A stretch of 64,000 bases of DNA. Source: Candidatus Binatota bacterium (lineage in GTDB: Bacteria; Desulfobacterota; Binatia; UBA1149; CAITLU01). Where the stretch lies: positions 1,580-65,579 of the forward strand of contig JAJRWY010000171.1 of NCBI GenBank assembly GCA_024276575.1, given 5' to 3'. The translations under genes and the position numbers were made by a program. Below the pieces are notes generated by a model. That model did not search any database, was not told the origin of the DNA, and saw only the letters and a list, made by a program, of their open reading frames with translations. Shown here one piece after another: positions 40,314 to 51,622 of this stretch; the stretch's first letter is position 1, and every line of letters starts with the position of its first letter.

Positions 40314-40663
40314 CGCCACGCCAAAGCCCCTTTGCGCCATGCGTAAATGAAACCAATGGCGAGGATCAGGATGAACACCATCATTTCGATAAAGCCGAAG
40401 ACCCCAAGTTCACGAAAGATCACCGCCCAGGGGTACATGAACATCACTTCGACATCGAAAACGATGAAAAGAATCGCCACCAGGTAGAACTTGACCGAGA
40501 AGCGACCCCAGGCCGGTCCACTGGGATCATTGCCGCACTCGAAGGCAAGGCCCTTGATCTCGCTGTGGCGGCGGGGACCGAGCAATCGGTTGAGAGACAC
40601 CATGGCACCGACCACAATCGCGCCGATGGCGAACGTAATGATTACGGGGATATAGTCGGACAT
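40310..40663 (-). CDS. nuoA: NADH-quinone oxidoreductase subunit A (operon 2)
   Basis: FECG, FIVFDVE, WRKGAL. Confidence 0.95.
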   Translation of the reverse strand: MSDYIPVIITFAIGAIVVGAMVSLNRLLGPRRHSEIKGLAFECGNDPSGPAWGRFSVKFYLVAILFIVFDVEVMFMYPWAVIFRELGVFGFIEMMVFILILAIGFIYAWRKGALAWR

Positions 40664-40919
40664 CGGCCGGTCAATCCAAAACTTCCCTAATTAGGTGCTA
40701 ATCCGGCCGCCATCATCAGTGAAAGCTCCGTAGGGGCGGCAATCACCCGCCATCTCGGCCGCTGCCCGCTTTCCGGCCCCGAAGACGCCCGGTACTTCTA
40801 CTACGGGCTTCTCCAGGCCTAAGCGCCGCGCCCAGCACGATCCGGTCAGGCGCTCGCAACTCTCGCGACGAGCTTTCACAAACAACGCCGGCCAGTGAGT
40901 CATTGAACAGTAACGGCGT

Positions 40920-40948
40920 TTTATGGCCAGACCGACGCGCTAAGTCAA
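40920..40948 (-). promoter_or_regulatory. Candidate sigma70 promoter of nuo operon 2
   Basis: TTGACT-17 nt-CATAAA; implies a ~250-nt leader. Confidence 0.4.
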
Positions 40949-41028
40949 AATGGAGGCCGAAGCGCCCCCATCCAAGCGGCTCCGGGATGGCTCGCTGCAC
41001 GAGACCCAGCCTGAATTAGGACGGCACC

Positions 41029-42201
41029 GTGAACGAACCTATTTGCCGGTCTACCCGCCCCACTGTAAAACTCGCGCCCATGTCCGGCGACCCCGATCAG
41101 CCAACTCCCGCAGAGCAGCGAGCAGTCCGCAAACTCGTAGAAGAACTTCTGTCGCAGCGCTGGCCGCAGGCACGGCTGGTCGCAACGGCCGCCATTCCAG
41201 GCGACGCGTCCACCCGGCGATACCTGCGCTGCCGGCTCGAACGACCCGCGGGCCCGCATGAATGTCCGCACAGCTTGATCGTCATGCTGATGCGCGACGC
41301 CGCGATGGCCCGCTCATCGGAAGAGCTTGGGGTGTTTGGAGAGCAGGGCCCCGAAGAAGTGCCTTTCTTGAATGTCGGACGCTTCCTCGCCGGTATTTGC
41401 GACGCGGTCCCTGAAGTGTTCGCCGTATCGCGAGACCAGACCATCGTGTTACTGGAGGATCTCGGCGATATATCTCTATGGGAGCGCGCCTCGAGCCAAC
41501 GGGCCCAAGCCGAAGCCTTGTTTGAACAGGCTTTGAGTTTGCTGGCCGGCCTGCAGGCCGCCGCCGTCGACGACGGAAGCGGCTGCTACGCCTTTGCGCA
41601 GCACTTTGACGAGCGCTTGTTCAATTGGGAGTTGAAGGAGTTTCTCGACTACGGAGTAGCCGGCGCTTCCTTGGGCGAACTGGACATGGCCGTCGCCGAA
41701 CTCGAAGAAACTGCACGGCAACTAGCCCTACTACCGCGCGTGTTCTGCCATCGCGACTATCACGCTTGGAACATCCACGTACAAAACGGACGCCTACGGG
41801 TTTTCGATTTCCAAGACGCCCTCATGGGTCCGGCGCTCTACGACGTGGCTTCGCTACTCACCGACCGCTGCACCCCGGAGTTGATCACTGAGACGACAGA
41901 ACGAAACTTGGTGTTGAGATTCTACCGTGAACAGGGCCGCGGGGGTCTCGACAGCGAGGAGAACACTTTGGCAGCCTACCGGCTATGCGCCTTGCAGCGA
42001 ACCCTGAAGGTGCTGGGGCGTTTCAATCAACTGGCCGAAGTAAAAGGCAAAACCGGATATTTGCACTTTCTCCCATCGGTGGCCGCCACCGCCCGGCGCT
42101 TGATCGCCCAAATCCCGAACATGGGTGCGGTCGAGAACTTACTGCACAACAAAGTGAAAGTTCCATCCGCCACCGTGGCGAAAGCCCAGCAGAGAAGTTA
42201 G
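41029..42201 (+). CDS. amgK: APH-family phosphotransferase, AmgK-like
   Basis: GDASTRRY, LEDLG, HRDYH..N, DFQDALMGP..YD; directly followed by a MurU-like gene. Confidence 0.8.
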   Translation: MNEPICRSTRPTVKLAPMSGDPDQPTPAEQRAVRKLVEELLSQRWPQARLVATAAIPGDASTRRYLRCRLERPAGPHECPHSLIVMLMRDAAMARSSEELGVFGEQGPEEVPFLNVGRFLAGICDAVPEVFAVSRDQTIVLLEDLGDISLWERASSQRAQAEALFEQALSLLAGLQAAAVDDGSGCYAFAQHFDERLFNWELKEFLDYGVAGASLGELDMAVAELEETARQLALLPRVFCHRDYHAWNIHVQNGRLRVFDFQDALMGPALYDVASLLTDRCTPELITETTERNLVLRFYREQGRGGLDSEENTLAAYRLCALQRTLKVLGRFNQLAEVKGKTGYLHFLPSVAATARRLIAQIPNMGAVENLLHNKVKVPSATVAKAQQRS

Positions 42202-42209
42202 GAGAACCC

Positions 42210-42947
42210 GTGGCCAATGACGACGCTGAAATCCGCGGCATGATCCTCGCTGCGGGACTGGGCACACGCCTGCGGCCGCTGACCGACACCACACCGAAAC
42301 CCCTCGTGGAGGTCGGGGGAAGGCCTTTGATCGAGTACGGCTTGCACTTGTTCGCACGATCAGGAGTCCGCCGCGTGGTCGTCAACCTCCATCACATGAG
42401 TGACAAGATACGCGAGTACCTCGGTAACGGGAGCCGGTTCGGGCTGGCCATCGACTACAGTGTGGAGGAAGTGCTGCAAGACACGGGAGGGGGTATCCGT
42501 GACGCCCGCAAGCTGCTGGGGCAAGGAACGTTCATCACCTTGAATTCGGATACGATTATCGACATCGACATTGCCGAAGTGCTCGCAGAACACCGGCAGA
42601 GACGGGCGAGCGCGACCTTGGTATTGCGTGAAGACAGCAGGAAGGCCGACTTCGGCATCATCGAAACAGCGCATGACGGGCGAGTTTGCACTTTTCTGGG
42701 CCTGCGTGCCCCTGCCGCGGGGCAGGCCACCGAGGCCTTGATGTATACGGGCTTGCAAATACTCGAGCCTCGCGTTTTCGACTTCATGCCGGAACGAGGG
42801 CCTTTTTCCGTGACGCGTTTCACCTATCCACGCATGCTTGAAGCGGGCGAAGCCGTGTACGGCCACAAGTTCACCGGGCAGTGGCTGACGGTGGGAACCC
42901 CCAAAGAACTCGCCGAGGCCGACCGCAAATTGCACGGCAATGGGTAG
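42210..42947 (+). CDS. murU: Nucleotidyltransferase, MurU-like
   Basis: MILAAGLGTRLRPLT..PKPL, TGGGI; GGAG RBS before GTG. Confidence 0.8.
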   Translation: MANDDAEIRGMILAAGLGTRLRPLTDTTPKPLVEVGGRPLIEYGLHLFARSGVRRVVVNLHHMSDKIREYLGNGSRFGLAIDYSVEEVLQDTGGGIRDARKLLGQGTFITLNSDTIIDIDIAEVLAEHRQRRASATLVLREDSRKADFGIIETAHDGRVCTFLGLRAPAAGQATEALMYTGLQILEPRVFDFMPERGPFSVTRFTYPRMLEAGEAVYGHKFTGQWLTVGTPKELAEADRKLHGNG

Positions 42948-42953
42948 CCCCCT

Positions 42954-43060
42954 GCTAGCCGGCATTTCAGGCATTATTCATGAAGCCTCTGCTACGAGAT
43001 TGCGCGCTAGGTAACTGCTACGAGATTGCGCGGTAGGTAACGTGAATCATGACGCGTCTA
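42954..43060. mobile_element. Degenerate family-1 MITE remnant with a 26-bp tandem duplication
   Basis: gcattattcatgaagcctctgctacgag matches the MITE end; gctacgagattgcgcg.taggtaac repeated at 42991 and 43017. Confidence 0.6.
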
Positions 43061-43138
43061 GACAAACCGACCTCTGCACCTGTAGTCTGTACGAAGACGG
43101 TACGTAGCGTCCCGGGGTAATGCCGGGGTAGTGAAACA

Positions 43139-44488
43139 GTGGGTATAACTTTCATCCAAAAAAGCGACCTCTCGGTCCGTAAAGCGAATCCGAAGATCGC
43201 GCTGGTACTGGCCGGCGGAGCTATCACCGGCGGCGCCTTCAAACTTGGAGGTCTAAAGGCCCTTGACGACTTTCTGATCAACCGCAAAACCACGGACTTC
43301 GACCTTTACGTGGGACTGAGCGCAGGCGCCCTGCTCACGGCACCACTGGCTGCGGGAGTTCCACCTTCGGAGTTACTGCGTGCCCTCGACGGTTCATCGA
43401 CGCAGATTTCTCAATTCAAACCGAGCCACTTCTACAACCCCAACGTAGCCGAGCTACTCGCCAACCCACTGCGCTTCCTTCTCGATTTGATGCAGTTTTT
43501 CCCGCGTACCGTCGCGGACCTGCTCAGTTCCTCGCCCGAGCTATTCGAGGAAGTAAGACCCGCTCTGCGCGTCTTTCGTAAATACCCAAGCCTGAGCGGG
43601 CTCAGTGACGTAGCGGCGCCGATAGCATCGGCCCTGTTGTCCAAGTGGCCGCCGCTGCCACAGGACTACCTGCCCTCGGGACTCTTCGACAACTGCAGTA
43701 TTGAACGCTACCTCCGGAAGAATCTGGAAGAAAAGGGGATCCCCAACGAGTTCGACGGATTCCTCGCCCACACCGGCAAAGAGCTTTATATCGCGGCGAT
43801 GAATCTAGACACTGCCGAGCAGGTGGTGTTCGGGCATGACGAGGACGACTCGGTCACCGTATCGGAGGCCATACAGGCATCGACGGCGCTCCCTGGATTT
43901 TACAAGCCCGCCCACATAAACGGGGTCTATTACGTTGACGGCGGCGTACGCCGCACCGCGAATCTCGATGTGGCGATTGAACACGGTGCGGACTTGATAA
44001 TCTGTTACAACCCCTTCCGTCCCTTCTCCAACCGCATTTCCCGTCACTACGATGGCGACAAAGGCCGCTTCGTAACCGACGGCAGGCCTATCGCCGATGA
44101 CGGTTTGCTCGCGATCTTCAACCAAGTCTTTCGAACCCTGCTGCACACCAGATTACGCTACGGCCTGCGACAATATGAAGCCGATGAGAATTTCCGCGGT
44201 GATATAATCGTTATCGAGCCGGCCGAAGCCGATACCCACATGTTCTCGACCAACCCGCTATCCTTGTGGGATGGGCCCCGCGCGGGCAAATTGGGTTACA
44301 CCTCTGTCACCCATTCGATCGACACTCACTACGACAAGTTCAAACGGGTTTTACGCTCTTATGGAATATTGATGACCCGCAGAGAAGTCCGCGAAGGTTT
44401 AGAGAAAATGAACCGGGGAGCTTTTAGCCGCGGGAGCGCCGAAGTGCTGTTGCGTAACGTACCCCGGCGCGAACTCGACGTGGCCTGA
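43139..44488 (+). CDS. Patatin-like phospholipase/esterase
   Basis: LVLAGGAITGG, GLSAG, YVDGG. Confidence 0.9.
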   Translation: MGITFIQKSDLSVRKANPKIALVLAGGAITGGAFKLGGLKALDDFLINRKTTDFDLYVGLSAGALLTAPLAAGVPPSELLRALDGSSTQISQFKPSHFYNPNVAELLANPLRFLLDLMQFFPRTVADLLSSSPELFEEVRPALRVFRKYPSLSGLSDVAAPIASALLSKWPPLPQDYLPSGLFDNCSIERYLRKNLEEKGIPNEFDGFLAHTGKELYIAAMNLDTAEQVVFGHDEDDSVTVSEAIQASTALPGFYKPAHINGVYYVDGGVRRTANLDVAIEHGADLIICYNPFRPFSNRISRHYDGDKGRFVTDGRPIADDGLLAIFNQVFRTLLHTRLRYGLRQYEADENFRGDIIVIEPAEADTHMFSTNPLSLWDGPRAGKLGYTSVTHSIDTHYDKFKRVLRSYGILMTRREVREGLEKMNRGAFSRGSAEVLLRNVPRRELDVA

Positions 44489-44525
44489 GCACTGGGGGCC
44501 TGAGCACTGGGGGCCTGAACACCCC
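44482..44525. repeat. 15-bp tandem repeat including the patatin stop codon
   Basis: ggcctgagcactggg twice, then ggcctgaacacccc. Confidence 0.8.
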
Positions 44526-44703
44526 GGAGAGGCCGGCGACAGAGCAGATCGCCGCGCGTGGGTTCGTGCCGCGAAGAAAATCGCCCCGATCGCGCAGCAG
44601 ATCTCTGCTCTCACCCTGTACTACCGTAATTCATCCGTGGGTAGCCATCGGTCTCACATTGACAGAGATAGAGGCACCGGGCGCAAGAAACCGGACACTA
44701 ACT

Positions 44704-44735
44704 GAAAAGGGGAGCCCTCGAGGGCTCCCCTTTTC
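44704..44735. terminator. Bidirectional terminator (perfect 32-bp palindrome) between convergent genes
   Basis: gaaaaggggagccctcgagggctccccttttc. Confidence 0.85.
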
Positions 44736-44776
44736 GCTACAACTTTCGTTGCAGCAGGTCGTTTCCTCTACCGTTT

Positions 44777-45112
44777 TCAGGCAGTGGGGAAAATCTGCTG
44801 CATCTTCAGGGCCAAGCTCATGTCACCCTTGATCTTGAGCTTGCCGCCCATGAAAGCCATCTGCGGGTTGAGCTTGCCGGTGGTCATGTCGAGATAATCC
44901 GAAGCCGCCATGGTGATGGTGATGTTGGCGCTCTCGGCAGGGCCCTCGTTCACAGAGCAGGCACCGTCGGCGATAGCCACATTCCAGGTACCCCCACCGT
45001 CTCCGGTGAGATCAAACTGGTAAGTCGCATTCACGCCGGCAGCCGCCGCCGCGTTAAAACGCTCGGGCATTACTGCAAAAATTTCAGCCACACTGGTCGG
45101 TTGATCAGCCAT
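44777..45112 (-). CDS. SCP2 sterol/lipid-binding domain protein
   Basis: YQFDLTG, GKLNPQMAFMGGKLKIKGDMSLA. Confidence 0.93.
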   Translation of the reverse strand: MADQPTSVAEIFAVMPERFNAAAAAGVNATYQFDLTGDGGGTWNVAIADGACSVNEGPAESANITITMAASDYLDMTTGKLNPQMAFMGGKLKIKGDMSLALKMQQIFPTA

Positions 45113-45168
45113 TTTTCGTTCCTTCCTCCTAAAGTCAGTCAATTCGGGATCTGAATCGCCAGTCGGGT

Positions 45169-45197
45169 GTAGTACGGGAGCCCCGTGCCTATGTCAA
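45169..45197 (-). promoter_or_regulatory. Sigma70 promoter of the SCP2 gene
   Basis: TTGACA-17 nt-TACTAC followed by AGGAGG RBS. Confidence 0.6.
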
Positions 45198-45410
45198 CGG
45201 CAAGGGGACGAGTGATCGGTAGCGCAGGCACCACGCCGGAGACCACCCGCTGGAACCCTCCGGCTGCAGGCCGGGCAGCTGCTTCGGCTTGCCCCTACGC
45301 ATCAACACCATAGGCACTGCGGGGGTTGGAAGACGGGGGTTGAAGACACAGAGCCGCCACCCACCCCAGCATGGCGGTGTTTTTGAGACACTAGCGCCGG
45401 AGGATAGTGC

Positions 45411-45443
45411 AAAAAAGCCCCCCGGAAAACCGGGAGGCTTTTT
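45411..45443. terminator. Intrinsic terminator downstream of the H1-like gene
   Basis: aaaaaagccccccgg-aaaa-ccgggaggcttttt. Confidence 0.8.
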
Positions 45444-45549
45444 CGGACCACGAGATCCTGCTTAACCGAGAGGGTGGCGGGCCGGACGGCAACAGCGCCG
45501 CCCGGCCCGGGTGCGTCAACCGGGAAAGTATTCAACCCCTAGGGACCGC

Positions 45550-45873
45550 CTACTTTCTGCCGGCTTTCTTCTTGGCCTTCTTCTTGGCCGCTTTCTTCTT
45601 GGTAGCTTTCTTCTTCGCTACCTTCTTCTTGCCGGCTTTCTTCTTGGCCTTCTTCTTGGCCGCTTTCTTCTTGGTAGCTTTCTTCTTCGCTACCTTCTTC
45701 TTGCCGGCTTTCTTCTTCGCCTTCTTCTTCGCGGCTTTCTTCTTCGTAGCTTTCTTCTTCGCTACTTTCTTCTTCGCCGCTTTCTTCTTGGTGACTTTCT
45801 TCTTGCTCACCTTTTTCTTGGCGGCCTTTTTCTTGGTCGCGCGTTTCTTAGTCGCTTTCTTTTTCGTTGCCAT
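45550..45873 (-). CDS. Histone H1-like Lys/Ala-rich nucleoid protein
   Basis: 107 aa of KKK(A/V)(A/T) pentamers; AAGGAGG RBS, own promoter and terminator. Confidence 0.85.
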   Translation of the reverse strand: MATKKKATKKRATKKKAAKKKVSKKKVTKKKAAKKKVAKKKATKKKAAKKKAKKKAGKKKVAKKKATKKKAAKKKAKKKAGKKKVAKKKATKKKAAKKKAKKKAGRK

Positions 45874-45955
45874 TAATTGCCTCCTTCAGCTTCCTTCACC
45901 GACACCCTCTCAGGTTCAGAAGGAAGTCGAACACACAAAAGTGTCCAACGATAGA

Positions 45956-45985
45956 ATTATAGAGAGGCTTGACAAAGGTAGTCAA
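45956..45985 (-). promoter_or_regulatory. Sigma70 promoter of the H1-like gene, overlapped by a TTGAC-N7-GTCAA inverted repeat
   Basis: TTGACT-18 nt-TATAAT. Confidence 0.6.
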
Positions 45986-46115
45986 CAAAAACGCGAAAGC
46001 GATTCGCAACTCGTCACAGTCACTGTTCGCGCTTACGAGCATCCGAGACGATGTGAATAACGCGTTCGAACCGTCGCGGAGACGAGCATTGGTTCCTGCG
46101 AACGCTTCGAGAGTT

Positions 46116-47875
<1,760 letters not shown>

Positions 47876-47882
47876 CGCCACC

Positions 47883-50789
47883 TCAAGAACAGCCGCTGGT
47901 CGCTCCGCAGTTGTTACACTTGTAGCAGGCCCCGTTGCGGATCATGATCGCACCACAATCAGCACAAGAAGGCGCATCCTCCTGCGGAAGAATGAACTCG
48001 GTAGCGGCCGTTTCCGAAGCCCCGCCGCCGACGACGGTCAGGGTGGGACGCCCGTCGGCGGGCACCGCAGTCGCGAGGGCGGTAGCGGCCCCGGCAGTTG
48101 CCGCAACGCCGGCGGCAGCGTTGCGCACCGGATCGACACTCGCGCCGGCTGTAGCCTGAGCCGCAAGCGTAGCCGCAGCAGCATCCCCTTGGGCATGGCG
48201 TTGCCCACCAAAACGCAGATCAAGGAAGCGGAAGATATAGTCCGTCAGCGACTTGGCGAAACGAATGTCCGGGTTCTTGGTCATACCCGAAGGTTCGAAG
48301 CGAACGTGCGCAAACTTCTTGGTAAGCGCATCGAGCGGCACACCGTACTGCAGTGACAACGAAGTCAAGGTCGCAATGGTATCCATCAGACCCGAAATGG
48401 TGCTCCCCTCCTTGGCCATCTTGATAAAAATCTCGCCCGGAGAACCATCGTCATAGAAACCGACATGGATATAACCTTCGTGCCCCGCAACTTCGAACTT
48501 GTGCCGCATAGAGCCGCAATCCACCGGCAAGCGCCGGCGATGCGGCTTCGGCTCCACGACTTGATCGACCGCATCCGGGGCCGCACCCGGCTGTTTCACA
48601 CTCGATTCCTTACCGGTATTCAATGGCTGGCTACGCTTGCAGCCGTCTCTGTAGATGGCCACCGCCTTCAGACCCAACAGCCACGCTTCGATGTAAAGCT
48701 TCTCTACTTCCTCCACCGAAGCGGAGTTAGAGAGGTTTACGGTCTTCGAAATTGCGCCGGAGAGAAAAGGTTGCACCGCACCCATCATGCGGACATGGCC
48801 CAGGGGTTCAATACTGCGAACACCGTTTCGGGGCTTGAAGGCACAGTCGAAAACCTTCAGATGCTCATCCTTGAGCCCCGGCGCGCCCTCGATCGTCTCC
48901 TGCTCATCGATGTACTCGAGTATCTCTTGCACGCAGCGGCTTTCGTAACCAAGCCGGGTGAGCGCACGGGAAACTGTGTTATTCACGACCTTGAGCAAAC
49001 CGCCGCCGACGAGTTTCTTGTACTTGATCAGCGCAATATCCGGCTCCACTCCGGTCGTGTCGCAGTCCATCATGAAGGCAATGGTCCCGGTCGGGGCCAG
49101 CACCGTCACCTGCGAATTGCGCACTCCGAATTCGCGGCCCCGTTCAATGGCCTCGTCCCATACGTCGCGGCTGGCAGAGAGCAGGTCCAAAGGAACATAG
49201 GTGGGATCTACGCGACGGGATTTCTCACGATGCTTCTCGATGACGCGAAGTTGGGCGAGCCGGTTCTTCTCATAGCCGTTGTAGGGGCCCGCAGCTGCAG
49301 CCAACCGTGCCGACTGGTTGTAGGCTTCACCACACATCAGTGAAGTAACCGCCGCCGCGTAGGCGCGCCCGTGATCCGAATCATAAGGCAGGCCCAAAGA
49401 CATCAGCAGGGCACCGAGATTGGCGTAGCCCAACCCGAGTTGGCGAAAGTCGCCCGCCGTGCGTCCGATTTCCTCGGTCGGATAGCTGGAGTTATCCACC
49501 AGTATGTCCTGCGCCGTTATCAGAAGATCAACCGCATGCTTGAAACCTTCCACGTCGAACTTGCCGTCGCCGTCAACGAACTTGAGCAGATTCAAAGATG
49601 CAAGGTTGCAGGCCGAATCATCCAGGTGCATGTACTCGCTACATGGATTCGAAGCGTTGATACGGCCGCTTTCCGGGCAGGTATGCCAATCGTTGATGGT
49701 AGTATCGAACTGCAGCCCGGGGTCGCCGCAAAAATGCGCGGCCTCCGCCATCTTACGCATCAGGTCGCGGGCGCGGAAGGTTTGGTAGATCTCACCGCCA
49801 AGGACCGAACGCGTGTGCCATTCGCCGTTCTCCACCACAGCCTTCATGAACTCGTCACTGACACGAACAGAGTTATTGGCGTTCTGGAAGAAAATCGACG
49901 AGTAGGCGGAACCGTCGATCGAAGGATCGTAACCGGCATCGATTAGAGTCCAGGCTTTCTTTTCCTCTTCCGACTTGCAGCTTATGAAATCCTCGATGTC
50001 GGGATGATCGACGTTGAGAACCACCATCTTGGCCGCGCGCCGGGTCTTGCCACCGGACTTGATGACTCCGGCCGAAGCATCGGCCGCTTTCATAAAGGAA
50101 ACCGGCCCCGAGGCCGTGCCACCGCCGGCCAACGGCTCTTTGGCTGAGCGTATTCTCGACAAGTTGACGCCGGAGCCGGAACCGCCTTTGAAGATGACTC
50201 CTTCCTTGCGATACCAATCAAGGATTGAATCCATGCTGTCGGACACGGATAGAATGAAACAGGCCGAACACTGCGGCTTCTCTTCCACCCCCACGTTGAA
50301 CCAAACCGGAGAGTTGAAACAGCCCTGCTGCTGCAGGAGCAAGTGGGTCAGTTCGTCCGAGAATACCTGTTGATCCTCTTCGCTGGCGAAATAACCTTGG
50401 GCCGCGCCCCAAGAGACGATGGTCGAGACCACCCGGCCGATAAGTTGCCGTACACTCGACTCACGCTGCTCGCTGCCGAGTTGGCCGCGAAAATACTTGG
50501 AAGCCACCACGTTGGCCGCCAATTGGGACCACGACGCGGGAAACTCCACATTCTTCTGCTCGAAAACTACATTGCCGCCTTCACCCTGTATCACGGCGTC
50601 GCGCAGCCCCCACTCCACCGTGGAGTAAGGATCGACGCCGGCCGTCGAGAGCCTCCTGTGAAACCGAAGCCCGCCGCCGCTCTCAACCTGCCTGCTTTGT
50701 TGCTCTCCTCCCGCTTCTCCAGCTACTCGTCCCGACCCTAATTCCTCTTGCGCCCCAAGGCTTTCCACCCGCCCACTACTCTCTTCCAC
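47883..50789 (-). CDS. nrdJ: Class II B12-dependent ribonucleotide reductase
   Basis: FNSPVWFN, PQCSACFI, SNPCSEY, APTGTI, TSCPD-like region, C-terminal CxxC..CxxCG.TSGCS; start placed after AGGAGA. Confidence 0.95.
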   Translation of the reverse strand: MEESSGRVESLGAQEELGSGRVAGEAGGEQQSRQVESGGGLRFHRRLSTAGVDPYSTVEWGLRDAVIQGEGGNVVFEQKNVEFPASWSQLAANVVASKYFRGQLGSEQRESSVRQLIGRVVSTIVSWGAAQGYFASEEDQQVFSDELTHLLLQQQGCFNSPVWFNVGVEEKPQCSACFILSVSDSMDSILDWYRKEGVIFKGGSGSGVNLSRIRSAKEPLAGGGTASGPVSFMKAADASAGVIKSGGKTRRAAKMVVLNVDHPDIEDFISCKSEEEKKAWTLIDAGYDPSIDGSAYSSIFFQNANNSVRVSDEFMKAVVENGEWHTRSVLGGEIYQTFRARDLMRKMAEAAHFCGDPGLQFDTTINDWHTCPESGRINASNPCSEYMHLDDSACNLASLNLLKFVDGDGKFDVEGFKHAVDLLITAQDILVDNSSYPTEEIGRTAGDFRQLGLGYANLGALLMSLGLPYDSDHGRAYAAAVTSLMCGEAYNQSARLAAAAGPYNGYEKNRLAQLRVIEKHREKSRRVDPTYVPLDLLSASRDVWDEAIERGREFGVRNSQVTVLAPTGTIAFMMDCDTTGVEPDIALIKYKKLVGGGLLKVVNNTVSRALTRLGYESRCVQEILEYIDEQETIEGAPGLKDEHLKVFDCAFKPRNGVRSIEPLGHVRMMGAVQPFLSGAISKTVNLSNSASVEEVEKLYIEAWLLGLKAVAIYRDGCKRSQPLNTGKESSVKQPGAAPDAVDQVVEPKPHRRRLPVDCGSMRHKFEVAGHEGYIHVGFYDDGSPGEIFIKMAKEGSTISGLMDTIATLTSLSLQYGVPLDALTKKFAHVRFEPSGMTKNPDIRFAKSLTDYIFRFLDLRFGGQRHAQGDAAAATLAAQATAGASVDPVRNAAAGVAATAGAATALATAVPADGRPTLTVVGGGASETAATEFILPQEDAPSCADCGAIMIRNGACYKCNNCGATSGCS

Positions 50790-51046
50790 CGTGTCTCCTC
50801 TCCTTACCGTTACCGTTCTTCCTCGTTTCTCAATCTCAACCACGTCTTGACCGCACGCTCGCCCGGCACTTGCCCCGGCCACCGCTGCCCGCCGCAAGCT
50901 AAATAGCTACAGCGTCGCGCGAGGGGTCAATTGCCGAAGTCTCGAGAAGCAGCATGCACCCCTATACGGGGGAGTTGACATCTCTCCACCTGCCCGTGGC
51001 GAAGCGAATCCACCAGTCCCTGATATCCGAAAGCCAACTAACAGCT

Positions 51047-51094
51047 ATCGATCATCTTGTGCTAACTGCATCTTTGTACCACCACATCTTGTAT
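51047..51094. promoter_or_regulatory. Candidate tandem NrdR boxes upstream of nrdJ
   Basis: ccaccacatcttgta resembles acaCwAtATaTwGtg; catcttgt cores at 51053 and 51085, 32 bp apart. Confidence 0.55.
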
Positions 51095-51622
51095 GGGTGC
51101 AACAAAACCGCCGCCAGCTGCCGCCCCTACGGCTACTTTTCCTAGCGGCCTGTGCTTAGATCTGTGCAGTCTATGTGCACAAGCCTAGAGAAGGCTCTAT
51201 TCTAGGCGAAGAAATAGCAAAAGTATAGCGCGATTTGGCTGCTGCCAAAGCCGAGACTTCTCGACCCTGAAGCTCGACGCAACCCAGCAACTGATCAAGA
51301 AGACGCCGCAATGGAGCGGTAAGGGAATTACTGCCGCGAATGTCGAAGCCGGGGGCTTTTCTGCTATAGCTGCCTACAGGCCCACAGCCGCAGCAGGCGG
51401 CCCGGCGGTGGCGGCCACGCGCGGCACAGCGTCACGAACCACCGTGCAGCGGCAGCGCGGCGACGGCGCAACTAGCGGCAGTGAGCCGCAGCGGCGACAC
51501 TGCGATAGCGCAAGTCGCGGCGACATGGCCGCCAGCGGTGTCGCTGCGGCGTTACAGCGGCGGCACGAATAGCGGCAGCGCGGGCGTAGCCGCTTCAAGG
51601 CCTGTGCAGAGCAAAAACGATT

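Noticed and set aside
42991-43042. 26-bp direct repeats as a CRISPR remnant
   Set aside because: Copies are contiguous with no spacer, lie inside a MITE remnant, and no cas genes are present.
45407-46060. 217-aa Phe-rich 'membrane protein' on the + strand
   Set aside because: Antisense shadow of the Lys-rich H1-like gene, which has the RBS, promoter and terminator.
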